Under the pieces are notes generated by a model. The model had not been told where the DNA came from. It made no database searches and saw only the letters and a program-made list of their open reading frames with translations. A stretch of DNA of 64,000 nucleotides from Octopus sinensis (Eukaryota), in contig NC_042999.1 in the NCBI RefSeq assembly GCF_006345805.1, positions 81,034,001 to 81,098,000 on the forward strand, read 5' to 3'. This document shows, in pieces, positions 51,803 to 64,000 of this stretch. Position 1 is the first letter of the stretch. Every line of letters starts with the position of its first letter. Both the position numbers and the translations under genes were made by a program.

Positions 51803-54783
51803 ACAGAGACACACACTCAGGGATAGAGGCAGGCTTCAGGTGTGTGTTAATGCATGTGTTAGTTTATGCATGTAACTTCCACTCCATCCCCAACATTGAA
51901 ATGCGCCGATATTGAAAGTTTACTTGTGGCTTGGACAATGTTCATTTTCAAATACTACCAACTTGAATATTTGGCTGATTTAACACCACTCACAATACTC
52001 ACAAATATATCTGAAAAAATATTATTCTGGTTATTATAATAAATTCGGGAACTTTGTGAAATAGAAAGTTTCAGTGGCTCTTATAGTTACAGAAAGGTTA
52101 TTCCACTCCAAATCAGTTTCAAGCTAATGTCTTTTTTTAAACTGTTCTTGTATTCCTCTTATCACTTCTTCATCACTGTGACTATCAACGTCGCACAACA
52201 TTTTAACTGCGTTAGTCAGTATTTATTCTATAGCCTATAACGTTACACAGTTAAAAAATATATAGTAATGTCAAATTAATTTATATCTTGTTACATACAT
52301 CCTTCAGCAAATATTTTAAGTTAACGTTCACAACAACAGCATCTTCTTTTCTATACATTTAGTTCAGCGTTCATTTTAATATTATAAAATAAATTACTTC
52401 TGTATGAATAATTGAATTAAGCCTTCTGAATTTTCTTGGACTTTCATTTCCTTTACCGTGACAGACCATTTAGTACATGTTCGAAATAAATGTTGACGTT
52501 CTGTAATTTCTCACACTGGTGACGCATACTAAGTCCTAATTGGTGACTCACCATTTTTTTATAGCACAACTATGCTGCACAAAGTATGTTTTGCATCTAC
52601 ATTAACTACATTTCGTTTCGCTTGAAATTCGTGTGTGATTTTTGCTGTTATCAATACTATCAATTCTCTGAGTGTGTGTTTCTGCGTCCGTTACACCTAT
52701 AGTAATCTATAGTAAGGAACATTTCACGCTATTTTAATGAGCAACATCTAATGAAGTTGCCATCTATATGGTTGGTGATCTCCATGAAATTCATGATAAT
52801 CTCATTCGTGTTCGAGATAACAAACTTAAACGTGTTTCACATGCTCATCCTTCATATGTTATTTTCCAGTATACTCATCCTCTGGAATGGACAAAATGGG
52901 TATCATTTCAATATTCCACGGATTGAAACTGCAACAGGATAGTCAATTACAATCAGAAAGGCGTCGTCAAATGACTTCTATTCGGAATAATTGTTGTTAA
53001 GACCAGAACAATCAAATCAAATGAACTTTATTTTCACTTACATATTTTCTAGGTTATCTCAACAAACAGCTACTGATATTTCATATACACTACTCTACAA
53101 CGTCCTGGTTTCATTAGAAAATGAAAATAGTTTTACACTTGCAGTTTGAACAAAAATTACAAAGTGTTGCATTACGAGAGTGACGATATTTGAATAATGA
53201 AATTAATGTATTTATTTTTCTCCGAATTACTCACATCTCTATTATAATAAAGAAAGCTGCTTATTATCTCTCTACCAAATAAACTATGTTGTTGACGCAA
53301 CAATTTTTTTTTACAACTAAAATAACCTCGGCAACTTCGTTGGGTTGCACCATTTTGAGGTCCCTTTCGGACAATCTTAAGATTTGTTTCTAATATTTCA
53401 CTTTCATCCGATGTTTGACGCATGCATAGAATTCTACCCAGGCAAATATTTATGAAAACATACACATGAATATTGTATTAAAATAAGCCACATGCAAAAA
53501 AATTGCATTAAAAGGCATCCATTTTCCAATATGTTATGAAGGAATACAGTCACTCTCTCTCTCTCTCTCTCACGAACAAAAGGATGTATGCATATGAGCG
53601 AGGTAAAGAATATGCTCCCGGTGTTTAGGGGTAAGATTACGCTGAAAATGTCTGTTGTGCGTATTCCCTAACTCCGCTCATTTATGTATGTGTATGAAAA
53701 ATAATGTGTGTGGTGTGTGAGTGAGAAAGGGAGAGAGAGAGCGAGCGAGTGCCACTTACACCTGAATGGTAAAACTTTGTTATTTCTTGCAGTGTGCACG
53801 CGCAATTTACAGCACAATTGCAATTGAAATGATCTTTTTCTATTGTGTAATTTGTGTTTGTGATGAGCGTATTCTAAAATCTGATCTTCAATATAGACTT
53901 AAAATGAAGTTTTCCCAGAAATCCTTGCTATACCTCTTCTTTCTATCATGTCCGAGGTGACATTTCCGTCCCCCTAACCTTATTTTTTTCCCTAAATTTC
54001 TACCAATTCCACTGATTGCAATACAGGAGATTAGGATTACACCCACAAAATACGTTCTCAATATTTTCTCCCTCTCCAAACCAAATTAATTTTTTACTTT
54101 TTTCAAATTCGTATTCTTGGTATTCCACGGAGAAAAATCAGAAAGTGCGAAATAATGTCGTTCAGCTGTTGGTTCTAGCATGTTGGGCTTTCTGGTGGTG
54201 GTCTGGTATTTTTGGGTCTACTTTTTCTGTAGAATTCTACCCATGCGGGAAACATGAGACAAAAATGAAATATTGGGAGATTTTAGCTTTTTGAGAGCAG
54301 GTAGGTATTGGATTGGTGAGGTGAGGGAAAGGGCATTAAGTGTTTCTTTAAGAAAAATTAATCTATAAAAGAAAATATATATTTCTCAGATTCGTAAGCT
54401 TTGTATTTTCTATGTACATAAAAAAAAAAGAAATTCGGAAAAATGCTATAAATTAAGAATTTCCGGTGGGGATTGGGGGTGATGGGGGTGAATTAAAATT
54501 TTGAAAACGTGATTTGTGGGCAAAATCGTATTAACCCCCTTTTATACATGGAAACAGTAGATAGTTTCTGTTCCCTTTTAAGAACAGAAAGCACTTTCAT
54601 GCAATCCCATGCAAATTGTACTGCCGTTATTCTCTTAACTATTATATCAGCTGTGCTGATTCTGTCATAAGAAAGGAGCAAATAATATGTGTGATTGTAG
54701 GTCATAACACATGGGCAACGTCAGGATGCAGTGTTACATTGTGTGTGTGTATGTATATATACACATATGCAAACACACACACA

Positions 54784-54850
<67 letters not shown>

Positions 54851-54853
<3 letters not shown>

Positions 54854-55830
54854 TTGCGGCCAAAATGTTCAGAACGGCATTGTTTTCGTCAGAAAAGTAG
54901 ATATAATTTTTTATCAAAGTAGTTTTATAGACTATAAGTTTCACAGACAATAAATACAATATCATTTGTTATTGCCTGAGATTTTGGTGTACTTTAAGAG
55001 GATAATACAAAAGTTATGAATGATTTAGTGATTTACTGCAAAACCCATGGCGGCCAAAATGATCAGAACGGTTGCTTTTACTCCGTGTTTTAGTATATTA
55101 AACCGGTGAACTCTAATGTTTTGAATTTGTTTACGTGACGGTTCGTTTACTAAACATTAGTAAGAATATTTGCAGTGTACTTTGTTATATATATTATACC
55201 ACTTACTCCGTTACCAATTCGTCAGCAGATTATTAAGCTTCGAAGGAAGGATAATTTAAGATGGATCTATTGCAAAGATTGTTAACAAGTCAAAAAATGT
55301 TGTACACGGAATTCTTAAGGTCTACGATGATTGTGGTTCGTGTGAAGCAAGAACGTTTACAGGTAGGCCAAGAAAAACTGCCAAGAGAGAAGATTGTGCT
55401 ATGGTAAAGTTGGTTAAAAGGGACAGATTTAAAACTGTTGCTGCTGTTTCTCGGAAAATGAGCATTGTATAGAAGAAAACTTTATCTCGAAAAACTGTGT
55501 CTCGTCGTTTAGTTGAACATGACCTACAAGAAAGAGCACCTGCAGTGAAGCCACTGATCAGCTCCAAGAATAAAAAGTGTTGTCTTACTTTTGCAACCGA
55601 ACATGTGCTGTGGTCTCAAGAAAAATGGCAAATGGCGCATTTCAGTGGTGAATCTAAGTTTATGTTATTTGGCTCAGATGGGAAAAGGTACGTTCGTAGA
55701 AAAGTAGGTGAAAAATTCTCGCCTAAATGCTTTAAGACTAGTGTTAAATTTGGCGGAGGAAGTGTCATGGTTTGGGGGATGATATCTGGAGATGGTGTGG
55801 ACCCTTTGGTGCGATTACATGGAAAGGAGT
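54851..55830 (+). mobile_element. Tc1-family transposon, left part (IR/DR-type end plus transposase to mid-DDE)
   Basis: (TA)n|CAGTTGCGGCCAAAATGTTCAGAACGG with an inner repeat at 55046. Protein motifs TGRPRKT, LSRKTVSRRL, KPLIS, HFSGESKF and KFGGGSVMVWG. Confidence 0.9.
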
Positions 55831-55844
55831 TTATAAAGCAAGGC

Positions 55845-56262
55845 ATGAAAGATTTGCAATGATATACATCTGTCAAATCCTGGAAGGGCTTGTACCAAAC
55901 TTTGACATTGAAAGTTACACAAAGAGCAGAACAGGGCACACTGCATAGTGACAACGATTCCAGCATCTCCATCAAAATACAAGATCATTTACTGTAACAT
56001 CTTGGGTTTCAAGAGCCCACAGCTCTTCAGTATCCTTCCAAAATTCCTAAGAGCCCTGCATGGTGTGGATGTAGGTGTTTTCAAAGCAAAATTGGATGTT
56101 CTGCTATCAAGAGTTCGAAATGAGCCTACCTCATGTCAAGAAACACAGATAAGAGCAACATCATCAAACTTCATATCAGAAGATGTTTCAAATAATGTTG
56201 TAGCACAATCAACGGAAGTACCCCAGTCTGATTGCACCTTCTAAGATGAAACAATTTAAAGA
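55845..56262 (+). pseudogene. CR1-type LINE 3' fragment
   Basis: ERFAMIYICQILEGLVPNF...LGFKSPQLFSILPK...FKAKLDVLLSRVRNEPT, the same family as the 59664 LINE, with a decayed 3' tail. Confidence 0.8.
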
Positions 56263-56627
56263 TGTAAGGATTTATGTATATATTCTTTGAAGAAATTTTG
56301 AAGAAATAGGATCCTTTTCCTCTTTGATCTGTTTCAGGACAATGTTAAATAAGGCAGGGCCTGTAGAAGAAAAGAAATTGTATTGCAGTGTATTTATGTG
56401 TTGTGATCCTGAATTGGACAGGGGATGTATAGCCCGAGGACCTAACCGTGGATAAATTTTGATAATTTAATCGTGCAAATGATGTGTCGCTCACGGCGGC
56501 ACTGAAGTTTCAATGCTTCCAGATGGTCCCAATAACCGAGATCAGTGATTCCATTAATTCTTTTAGTGAATGACCTCTGGGGTGATTCAATTTTCTAGAT
56601 GTTTTGTTTTGTATGGAGATCTAGATA

Positions 56628-56676
<49 letters not shown>

Positions 56677-56739
56677 TATCATTATAAAAGCATAGTGTGC
56701 CTTTTTGTTTCAGACTAAACATATTTTGATTTATAAACT

Positions 56740-57710
56740 AGATAACCCTCCACAGAGGAGGAAAAAGTAATACAGCTGTAGGTAAAAGGCTTGAAATTAA
56801 CCGAAATTAAGGAATTTCAAGAGACTTGTTCCACCGCTGATTGACAAGGGCGTGGTCGAAAAATAAGAGTGCAGACCCCTCAGTTAATCAAAAGTACTGG
56901 AGAAAAGATAGGTTGAAATATCTTCGTTCAGTTAGAAGACTGGATACCACTACAAAAATAAGCCGAGCATCGATGTATCGAGTGCTGAAAGAGGATCTCA
57001 GGACCAAACCCTACAAGATGATCCGCTACCATAAGTTCACGCAAGTTTATAAGACCATGAGACTGGAAAGAAATCGTTTTATCATGCATAAGATTGCTGA
57101 AGGCACGCTGCCCAACCTGGTCACCGATAAAAAGAATTTTGACATGGAACACACAGTAAACCACCAGAGTAACTGAATTTGGAGTGTATCTGGCTCCATC
57201 GAGGGTAGACTCGTAATTTGGCGTCAAAATTCACAGTCAGTGATGAGCAGCTGTGAAAGTCCCTGGTAGGTCCTCCCACATTTTCGTGTCCTCAAGTGTT
57301 AAAATTAACACCCAGCGATAAATTAGCGACATTGAGTAAGCTGAAATGCTTCCATGAGCGAATGAGCACTTTCAAGGAACAGGTTGGAGCCTCCAAAAGA
57401 CTCGGCACCACACCATAGCTCCAAACAAGCGAAACACCGGATTACAACAGAAAAAAGAAAAAAAAAATTCCATCGCTCATATGCAAGGATGTATGCTCCT
57501 CAAGAAACCCCGATCTTTCTGTTTGGACATTTCTGTGTGGTCCAATTTCGAGACGAGGGTCTCGATGAATCCTCATGTATCGCTGAACGCTCTGAAGGCA
57601 AAACTCAGGAATGGGCTTCGATTTTGCAAGAACAGCTGCGTACCGTGTGTGAAACATTCGCAAGTAGTCTGCGATTCGAAACCGAGGGGGTCATAGCGAA
57701 TAATTGTGGT
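56740..57710 (+). pseudogene. Tc1/mariner superfamily transposase relic, probably maT (DD37D)-like
   Basis: ISRASMYRVLKEDLRTKPYK, TDKKNFD, QKDSAPHHSSK and NPDLSVLDISVW. Frameshifts prevent counting the D-D spacing. Confidence 0.75.
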
Positions 57711-57831
57711 TGTGTCATAAAACTGTTTCCTTTACCATTGCATTGCAACGCTCGGATACGAAATATAACAATATTTTGCTTTGGTAAAGTTGGTTGCCTA
57801 AATGTTTGGATAATACATCAATATGTGTGTG

Positions 57832-57889
<58 letters not shown>

Positions 57890-57924
57890 TGTATACGTAC
57901 GTATGTATATATATATATATATAT

Positions 57925-58047
57925 ATCACCGTGATCAACGTGACCGACCAGGCTATCAGATGTTGCTACACATCGCTGGTCACAATGCGCTTCGCATTGT
58001 TTTAGCCTTCAAATAACGCCACCCCGCTGGCTAAGCGAGCAGGCCAA
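57925..58047 (-). mobile_element. 3' end of a non-LTR retroelement or SINE inserted in (TA)n, second copy
   Basis: About 90% identical to 16733-16857, with (TA)n on both sides. Confidence 0.75.
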
Positions 58048-58827
58048 TATATATATATATATATAATATATATATATATGCATTTACTACACACTGGTAT
58101 TTTTCAATCAAGCCAATACTTTCTTTTATATATTTAATGCTAATTTTTGTCCTTATTTTGTTAGGAAACATGATAGAAATTGCACTCGCAATAGAACTGA
58201 TATGCAATTTATCTAACTCTGTAGGGGTATTATGTACTCCCATAGTGTATACGTAAACAGGCATATGGACAAGGTTGTATGCACGCACACATACACACAT
58301 ACACATTCACACAGCTTCACCCACACACATACTTACCTGTTTTGTTTCATGTTGAATATGGTTCTGTGTAAATTGACTATGTTTATATATTTACTTTATA
58401 CTCATAGAAATATTGTTGACGTCAACTAAATAATTCCGTATACATCTGTTCTGTATATTTATCAGTAATAGCAAATCTCTTATATCTCTTGATTGGATAG
58501 TAATGATGGTTTTTAGATGTTTGGAATCAAAAGTATATATTTTCCATGAAGGAAACCATCTTCGCTTATATAATAAAATTATTATTTGGCGTTCTTGTAT
58601 TAGATAGAAAATAACGATTTTTATTATATTGGCAAACAAATTCTGAGAGATACATGAATTATCGATGACAAAACTTTAGGGCAATCATTTGAGATGTAGG
58701 TTTTGATGACGGGCTCATGATGCTGAATTCTACTTACAGAACAGATTACTGTCTTTATACATACAAACACACATACACTTAGGTATATCTATCTATCTAT
58801 CAGTTTATCTGTTTATCTATCTAAATG

Positions 58828-58869
<42 letters not shown>

Positions 58870-59588
58870 CGTGTGTGTGTGTGTGTGTATGCTTGCGTAT
58901 ATATATATATATAAAATTGGAAATGGATGTGTCCATTTCCAAGTGAGATTATCTTCACCTTTTTAATGCGACTCTACTCTATACTATTTCCTTCCTGCAT
59001 CCTTGTCGAATTCCTTATTTCTTCCCCTCCTTCTTTCACCGTTATATTTCTGCCCCTCCCTCTCTCTCCCGTCTTTCTCTTTTTCACTCTCTCGTTGCTC
59101 ACACGTGACCATCGTCCAACTTTCTTTTCCTCACATAACCATGTTGCTTTTCTTACACCACATCAAAAGACTGGGCGTTTTATTGCTGTCTCTTCTATCT
59201 TTTCTCTTTCCACTGACAATATTTCTCCCAGCGTTTACTATTTCCACTCGTTCTGGTCTAACGTCTCTCCATGTTTGTTTCTGTTCAGTTTCCTTGTTTG
59301 TTCCTGTTCAGTTTCCTTGTATGTCTCAACTGTCCTGTCTTTATTCCCAAATTTGACCCTCCATAAATCCTAAATTTTATTTTAGAATTTATTGTAGCAA
59401 GTGTCTTTGATGACTCATATTGTCGTTGAATGTTAGAAGTGAGGAGTAGATAGACAGCCAACAACTGATAAAGGGTCATTTCTCTGTATTTAGTTGTCCT
59501 GTTTTCCATTTTTTCTTCCGTTGTTTACGTATTTAACTCGTTTGTTCACGCATTACATGTTGGTTGCACAGTTGGTACCATCCTGTGC

Positions 59589-59655
<67 letters not shown>

Positions 59656-59663
59656 CATATATA

Positions 59664-61293
59664 TCTTTTTTCTAGTTTCAGCGCAGAGCTGCGGCCATGC
59701 TGATGCACCGCCGTTTTGTACTACACTGTTATTACGACGAACCTCGTCTAATATGTGGCACTTGGTGAAGAATGGAGTTTGATACAGCTACTCTCATTTG
59801 CACCTCTTGCCGTGAGGTAGGTTCATCTGGGACTCTTGACAGGAAAGTGTCCAGCTTTGATTTGAAAACCGCTACATCTACTTTTTGCAAGTTCCTCAGA
59901 CTCTTTGGGAGAATATTAAAAAGCTGTGGGCCCTTGAAACCCAGGCTGTTGCAGGAGCTGGTCCTGAAGCGTGATGGCATTGCTGGGACTTTGGCACTAT
60001 GCAGTGTCGTCCCGTTCTAGCATTGGTGTAGCTTACAATGCCAAAATTTGGCACAATTCCTTCCAGGATCTTCCAGACATATATCACTGCATACCTCTCC
60101 CGTCTTCTCTCCAGAGAGTAGAGTCTTTGCTGTTTCAACCTTTCCCAGTAGCTGGGCTGTTGCAAAGAGACGATCTTCTTTGTGAATCTTCTCTCGATTG
60201 CTTCAAGGTCCGCTGTTAATATTACACTGGTGGGCGACCATAGCTGTGAGCAGTAATCCAGGCGACTGAGGACGAATGTCCGTCAGAGGACCATCATGGT
60301 CTCCTTATCTCTGGTTCTGAATGTTCTTAGGATCCACCCGGCCAGTCGTCTACACTTTGTCGCCTACCTGGTAATGTGCACTTGGAAAGAGGTATCATCA
60401 CTCATGTCGATACCCAGGTCCCTCACAGACTTAGGCTCTGGGATTGAAATTCCCTGTGGACCGGTGTCTCCTGTAAGTTTAATATTCTGTTTTGGATGCT
60501 GGTAGCGCAGGGCCTGGAAGTTTTCAGCATTAAACTGCATATCATTATCCTCAGCCCATCTGTAGATTGAGTCCAACTCCTGCTGTAGGAGTGCAACATC
60601 GCTTGGGTTCTGTATTTTCTGCGAGACTTTCGTATCGTCTGCATAGCTGGCCAGAGTGGCTATCCGGGCATTTGAGGGCATATCTGAGAGGGCCACTATA
60701 AAAAGCAGTGGTCCCAAGACAGTGCCCTGCGGAACACCGCTCACCATTTGTGTTTTCATAGAGGTGGCTCCATTAACCACTACTGCCTGACTCCTATCTT
60801 TCAGGAAGTCATGCAACCACGCCCCAAGTTTTCCAGCTATGCCGAGGTCACGTAGTTTGTGGCATATCATACCATGATCCACCTTGTCAAAAGCTTTTGC
60901 AAAATCAAGGTAGATTACGTCCACATTTGATTTGTTGAGTAACTGCCTCAACACCCAGTCATAATGCTGTAAGAGCTGGGTCAGGCAATTCCTACCTGGT
61001 CGAAAACCATGCTGGGTATTACTCAGCAAGTTATTTTCCTCAAGGAATGCGATTAGTTTCTTTCTGACTATGTGTGAAGTCAGAGAGATAGGCCTATAGT
61101 TTTTGGCATCTGCTCTACTTCCCCCTTTATGTATTGGGCATATTATTCCTTCCTTCAGCTTGCTTGGCAGTTTGCCATTCGCAAGAAAGCTCTGGAAGAG
61201 AATCTTGAGGGGTTTTGCCAGGGCGCATGCTTACACGCTTTGAGGAAGATGGCTGGGAAACCGTCTGGACCAGCAGCTGGTTTTGTGTCCAGT
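59664..61293 (-). mobile_element. CR1/L2-type LINE, 5'-truncated, RT domain largely intact, inserted in (TA)n
   Basis: AAGPDGF, NYRPISLTS, QHGFRPGRNC, YLDFAKAFDKVDH, GVPQGTVLGPLLF, YADD and RRERYAVIYVWKILEG. A few frameshifts. Confidence 0.95.
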
Positions 61294-61366
<73 letters not shown>

Positions 61367-61628
61367 ATATAGTATACATTATTATTACTTATATATATAT
61401 ATATATAATATATATATATATATAATATATATATATATATAAGAAAGTTTGTTTGGTAAAGCACGTGGGTGAATATATGAGAAAATAGTAAAGTGTGAAA
61501 AAACGACAGAAGGCTTAAATGTTAAAAAATAAATATATTTGTGTCAAAATGTCTGGAGAATATTGGAAAAATTTTTTTTTTTTTTTTTTTTTCCTTTCCT
61601 TAAAATGACATAATTTAAAAAATTTTTA

Positions 61629-61668
61629 AAGAAATTACCGGTTTCGCGTGTAGCTTTTCAAATTTCTT
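61629..61668 (-). ncRNA. Minimal type I hammerhead ribozyme candidate (U3-A8 core variant), left-arm copy
   Basis: Reverse complement is AAGAAAU-UUGAAAA-GCUACACGC-GAAA-CCGG-UA-AUUUCUU, identical to 62553-62592. Confidence 0.72.
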
Positions 61669-61805
61669 GTGACGTTATGTTTATATTGTATGGAATTATC
61701 GTTGTTTTTATTTCCAGGAGATTTCTAAATAAGGGGAGGTAGTGAGTGATTTTTTCCGGTGTAGGGGAGATAATCGCTTAAAAATTTTTTTTTCCCTTTT
61801 CCTTG

Positions 61806-62258
61806 TTAATTTCTCTGTGTCAGTATGTTCGGATGGTTGAGTCTGGGTTTGTACTTTTCAATGAAGAATGTTTCCTTGTTCAGTCTCATTTGTGTTGATG
61901 ATCCGAAAGCACATTGGTAAAATGGGAAGATTAAAAATTGTGGCAGTAGTTGCTTTGCGCATTTCTCAATGTGCTCACTAAAAGGTATCATTCTATATTC
62001 TGGGAATGCAATCTGTTGTCGATGCAGTGTGCATCTGCGCCTGAGTGATTGTCCCGTGGAACCCACGTAGTCTTGGTGGCAGCCCGAGCATTTAATAACA
62101 TAAATTATGTTTTTAGAGGCACAAGTAAAGTTAGATTTGATCTTAAATTTCTGTCCCTCTTTAAAGAAGAATTCTGATCCTTCCAATAGGTTAGGACATG
62201 TTGCACAGTTCGATCTACCACATTTTTTTACTTTTGCATCCGTAATTTTAGAAGACAA
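61806..62258 (-). CDS. Penelope-type GIY-YIG endonuclease domain (truncated C-terminal part of the PLE ORF)
   Basis: KCGRSNCATC...FTCASKNIIYVIKCSGCHQDYVGSTGQSLRRRCTLH...FSEHIEKC...RLNKETFFIEKYKPRLN: Cys motifs, IIY/YVG boxes, R..H and E..N residues. No stops over 150 codons. Confidence 0.88.
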   Translation of the reverse strand: MSSKITDAKVKKCGRSNCATCPNLLEGSEFFFKEGQKFKIKSNFTCASKNIIYVIKCSGCHQDYVGSTGQSLRRRCTLHRQQIAFPEYRMIPFSEHIEKCAKQLLPQFLIFPFYQCAFGSSTQMRLNKETFFIEKYKPRLNHPNILTQRN

Positions 62259-62552
62259 TTTTGCAAAGCAACTACTGCCACAATTTTTAATCTTCCCATT
62301 TTACCAATGTGCTTTCGGATCATCAACACAAATGAGACTGAACAAGGAAACATTCTTCATTGAAAAGTACAAACCCAGACTCAACCATCCGAACATACTG
62401 ACACAGAGAAATTAACAAGGAAAAGGGAAAAAAAATTTTTTAAGCGATTATCTCCCCTACACCGGAAAAAATCACTCACTACCTCCCCTTATTTAGAAAT
62501 CTCCTGGAAATAAAAACAACGATAATTCCATGCAATATAAACATAACGTCAC

Positions 62553-62592
62553 AAGAAATTTGAAAAGCTACACGCGAAACCGGTAATTTCTT
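62553..62592 (+). ncRNA. Minimal type I hammerhead ribozyme candidate (U3-A8 core variant), right-arm copy
   Basis: 7-bp stem I (AAGAAAU/AUUUCUU), core UUGAAAA, 2-bp stem II, GAAA, palindromic stem III ACCGGU and GUA triplet. Confidence 0.72.
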
Positions 62593-62628
62593 TAAAAATT
62601 TTTAAAATTATGTCATTTTAAGGAAAGG

Positions 62629-62660
<32 letters not shown>

Positions 62661-62843
62661 CAATATTCTCCAGACATTTTGACACAAATATATATATTTT
62701 TTAACATTTAAGCCTTCTGTCGTTTTTTCACACTTTACTATTTTCTCATATATATATATATATATATATACTTGTATACATGTATATATATATGTGTGCA
62801 TGTATAGAAATGTATATATATCTATGTATATCTATGTATCTAT

Positions 62844-63390
62844 CCCAGTAGAGATACGTCCATAATATAAAGAATATTGTATTAATGAATAAAAAAACAA
62901 AGTATAGTTATGATCATTTAGAAAGTTTTCAGAGATCTTACTCTCGTTTTATGATTATTCTACCTTTCGAAATGAAATCTAAAGTTGATAACCATTATAA
63001 GGAAGTATACCCACGCGTCAGAGAAATGGATGAATTTCAGTGTAGTAAAGCAAATGAGAGATATATAATTGAAAATCGTATGATAAAGGTGTTAGCCCAA
63101 ATTTATACAGATACACTTCTACAACAATAACTATTTAAACAACACGTTTATCATACGAATTTAATTAGTATCTCAATCATTCGAAATACTACACTGAAAT
63201 TCATCCTTTTCTCTGACGAGTGGATAAACTTCCTAATAATTGTTATCAATTTTGGATTTAATTTCCAAAGGTTGTATATTCATGAAACGATCGCAAGAAC
63301 TCTCAAAACTTTCTAAATGATCATAGCTATACATTATATTTTTATTTATTAATACAATATTCTTTATATAATGGATCTATCTATACGGAG
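62844..63390. repeat. Imperfect fold-back (MITE-like) element, ~250-bp arms, ~47-bp spacer
   Basis: 62844-63093 mirrors 63141-63390 (e.g. tataaagaatattgtattaat, tatgatcatttagaaagtttt, tcagagaaa.ggatgaatttcagtgtagta). About 80% identical by eye. Confidence 0.88.
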
Positions 63391-63968
63391 ATTTTTATGA
63401 TATAATTTTCCTACTTTTACTCTGTAATATATAATCGTTCTAATTGAATCTTTATATAATTTTAAGGTTTTAGACATCTCTCATATCAAGAGCACCTATC
63501 TGAAATCCAGTACACATTATTCTCAAAGGATATATTTCATTAACTACATATATGTGTGTATATATGTGTGTGCGTTAGTGTGTGTATGTGTATGTATATA
63601 TAAGTATATGTATATGTAAACAAATGAGTGGTCAAATGAAAGAAAATGGCATTTCAACACATTTTGCATGAGTTATATGTATCTATTAAAAACGTTTGAC
63701 TCCGCTCTATGCAAGGTAAAGCTTTGTGAGCTTCTATCAGAAATCGCTCGTTTTCAGTCTAAGATTACCGAAAGTAGAGGCACAGGAAGTACGCGATTGT
63801 TGCTGTAAAAAGAGCTGATATTGGTCAAAGCTAATTGCATGGTGTTGGCAGGGTAACGTCGGCGATTCAGCGATGCCAGCTCCGCTTGAAAGAGGTACCA
63901 CTTGAACTGCGAGGCTGAAGAAGAAGCTGATGGCATGCAGATGTCTAGGAGCCAACAGAAACAAGACC

Positions 63969-64000
<32 letters not shown>

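Larger units (their letters stand above)
61441..62754 (-). mobile_element. Young 5'-truncated Penelope-like element with an inverted 3' segment (palindrome arms 61473-61958 and 62263-62754)
   Basis: GIY-YIG ORF on the minus strand. The arms differ only by two substitutions I could see and by poly-A length. Flanked by (TA)n. Confidence 0.92.

Noticed and set aside
63690-63970. Unique, more GC-rich segment with an ETS-like CAGGAAGT motif as a promoter or exon
   Set aside because: There is only a single short motif, no TSS evidence, and the two short ORFs have no recognisable content.

Overview
AT-rich animal genomic DNA, most likely an octopus (inferred from the SINE families and microsatellite load). 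No host protein-coding gene, rRNA or tRNA can be supported, and nearly all ORFs in the track are artefacts of simple repeats. The window holds a 9.1-kb array of a 56-bp unit with higher-order structure and a full-length decayed Chapaev3-type DNA transposon with terminal inverted repeats (TIRs) and a TTA target-site duplication (TSD). It also has several Tc1/mariner relics, CR1- and RTE-type LINE fragments, two tRNA-type SINE families and a 100-N assembly gap. The most notable features are: (1) two Penelope-like retroelements, each with an inverted copy of its 3' end and a hammerhead-ribozyme motif downstream of the GIY-YIG ORF, the younger forming a ~490-bp near-perfect palindrome with a minimal U3-A8 variant hammerhead in each arm; (2) a template-switch fold-back duplication inside a Tc1 transposase gene; (3) older MITE-like hairpins; (4) an isolated strand-asymmetric RNA hairpin candidate. 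These are mostly new instances of known phenomena. I cannot claim an undescribed system from sequence alone.
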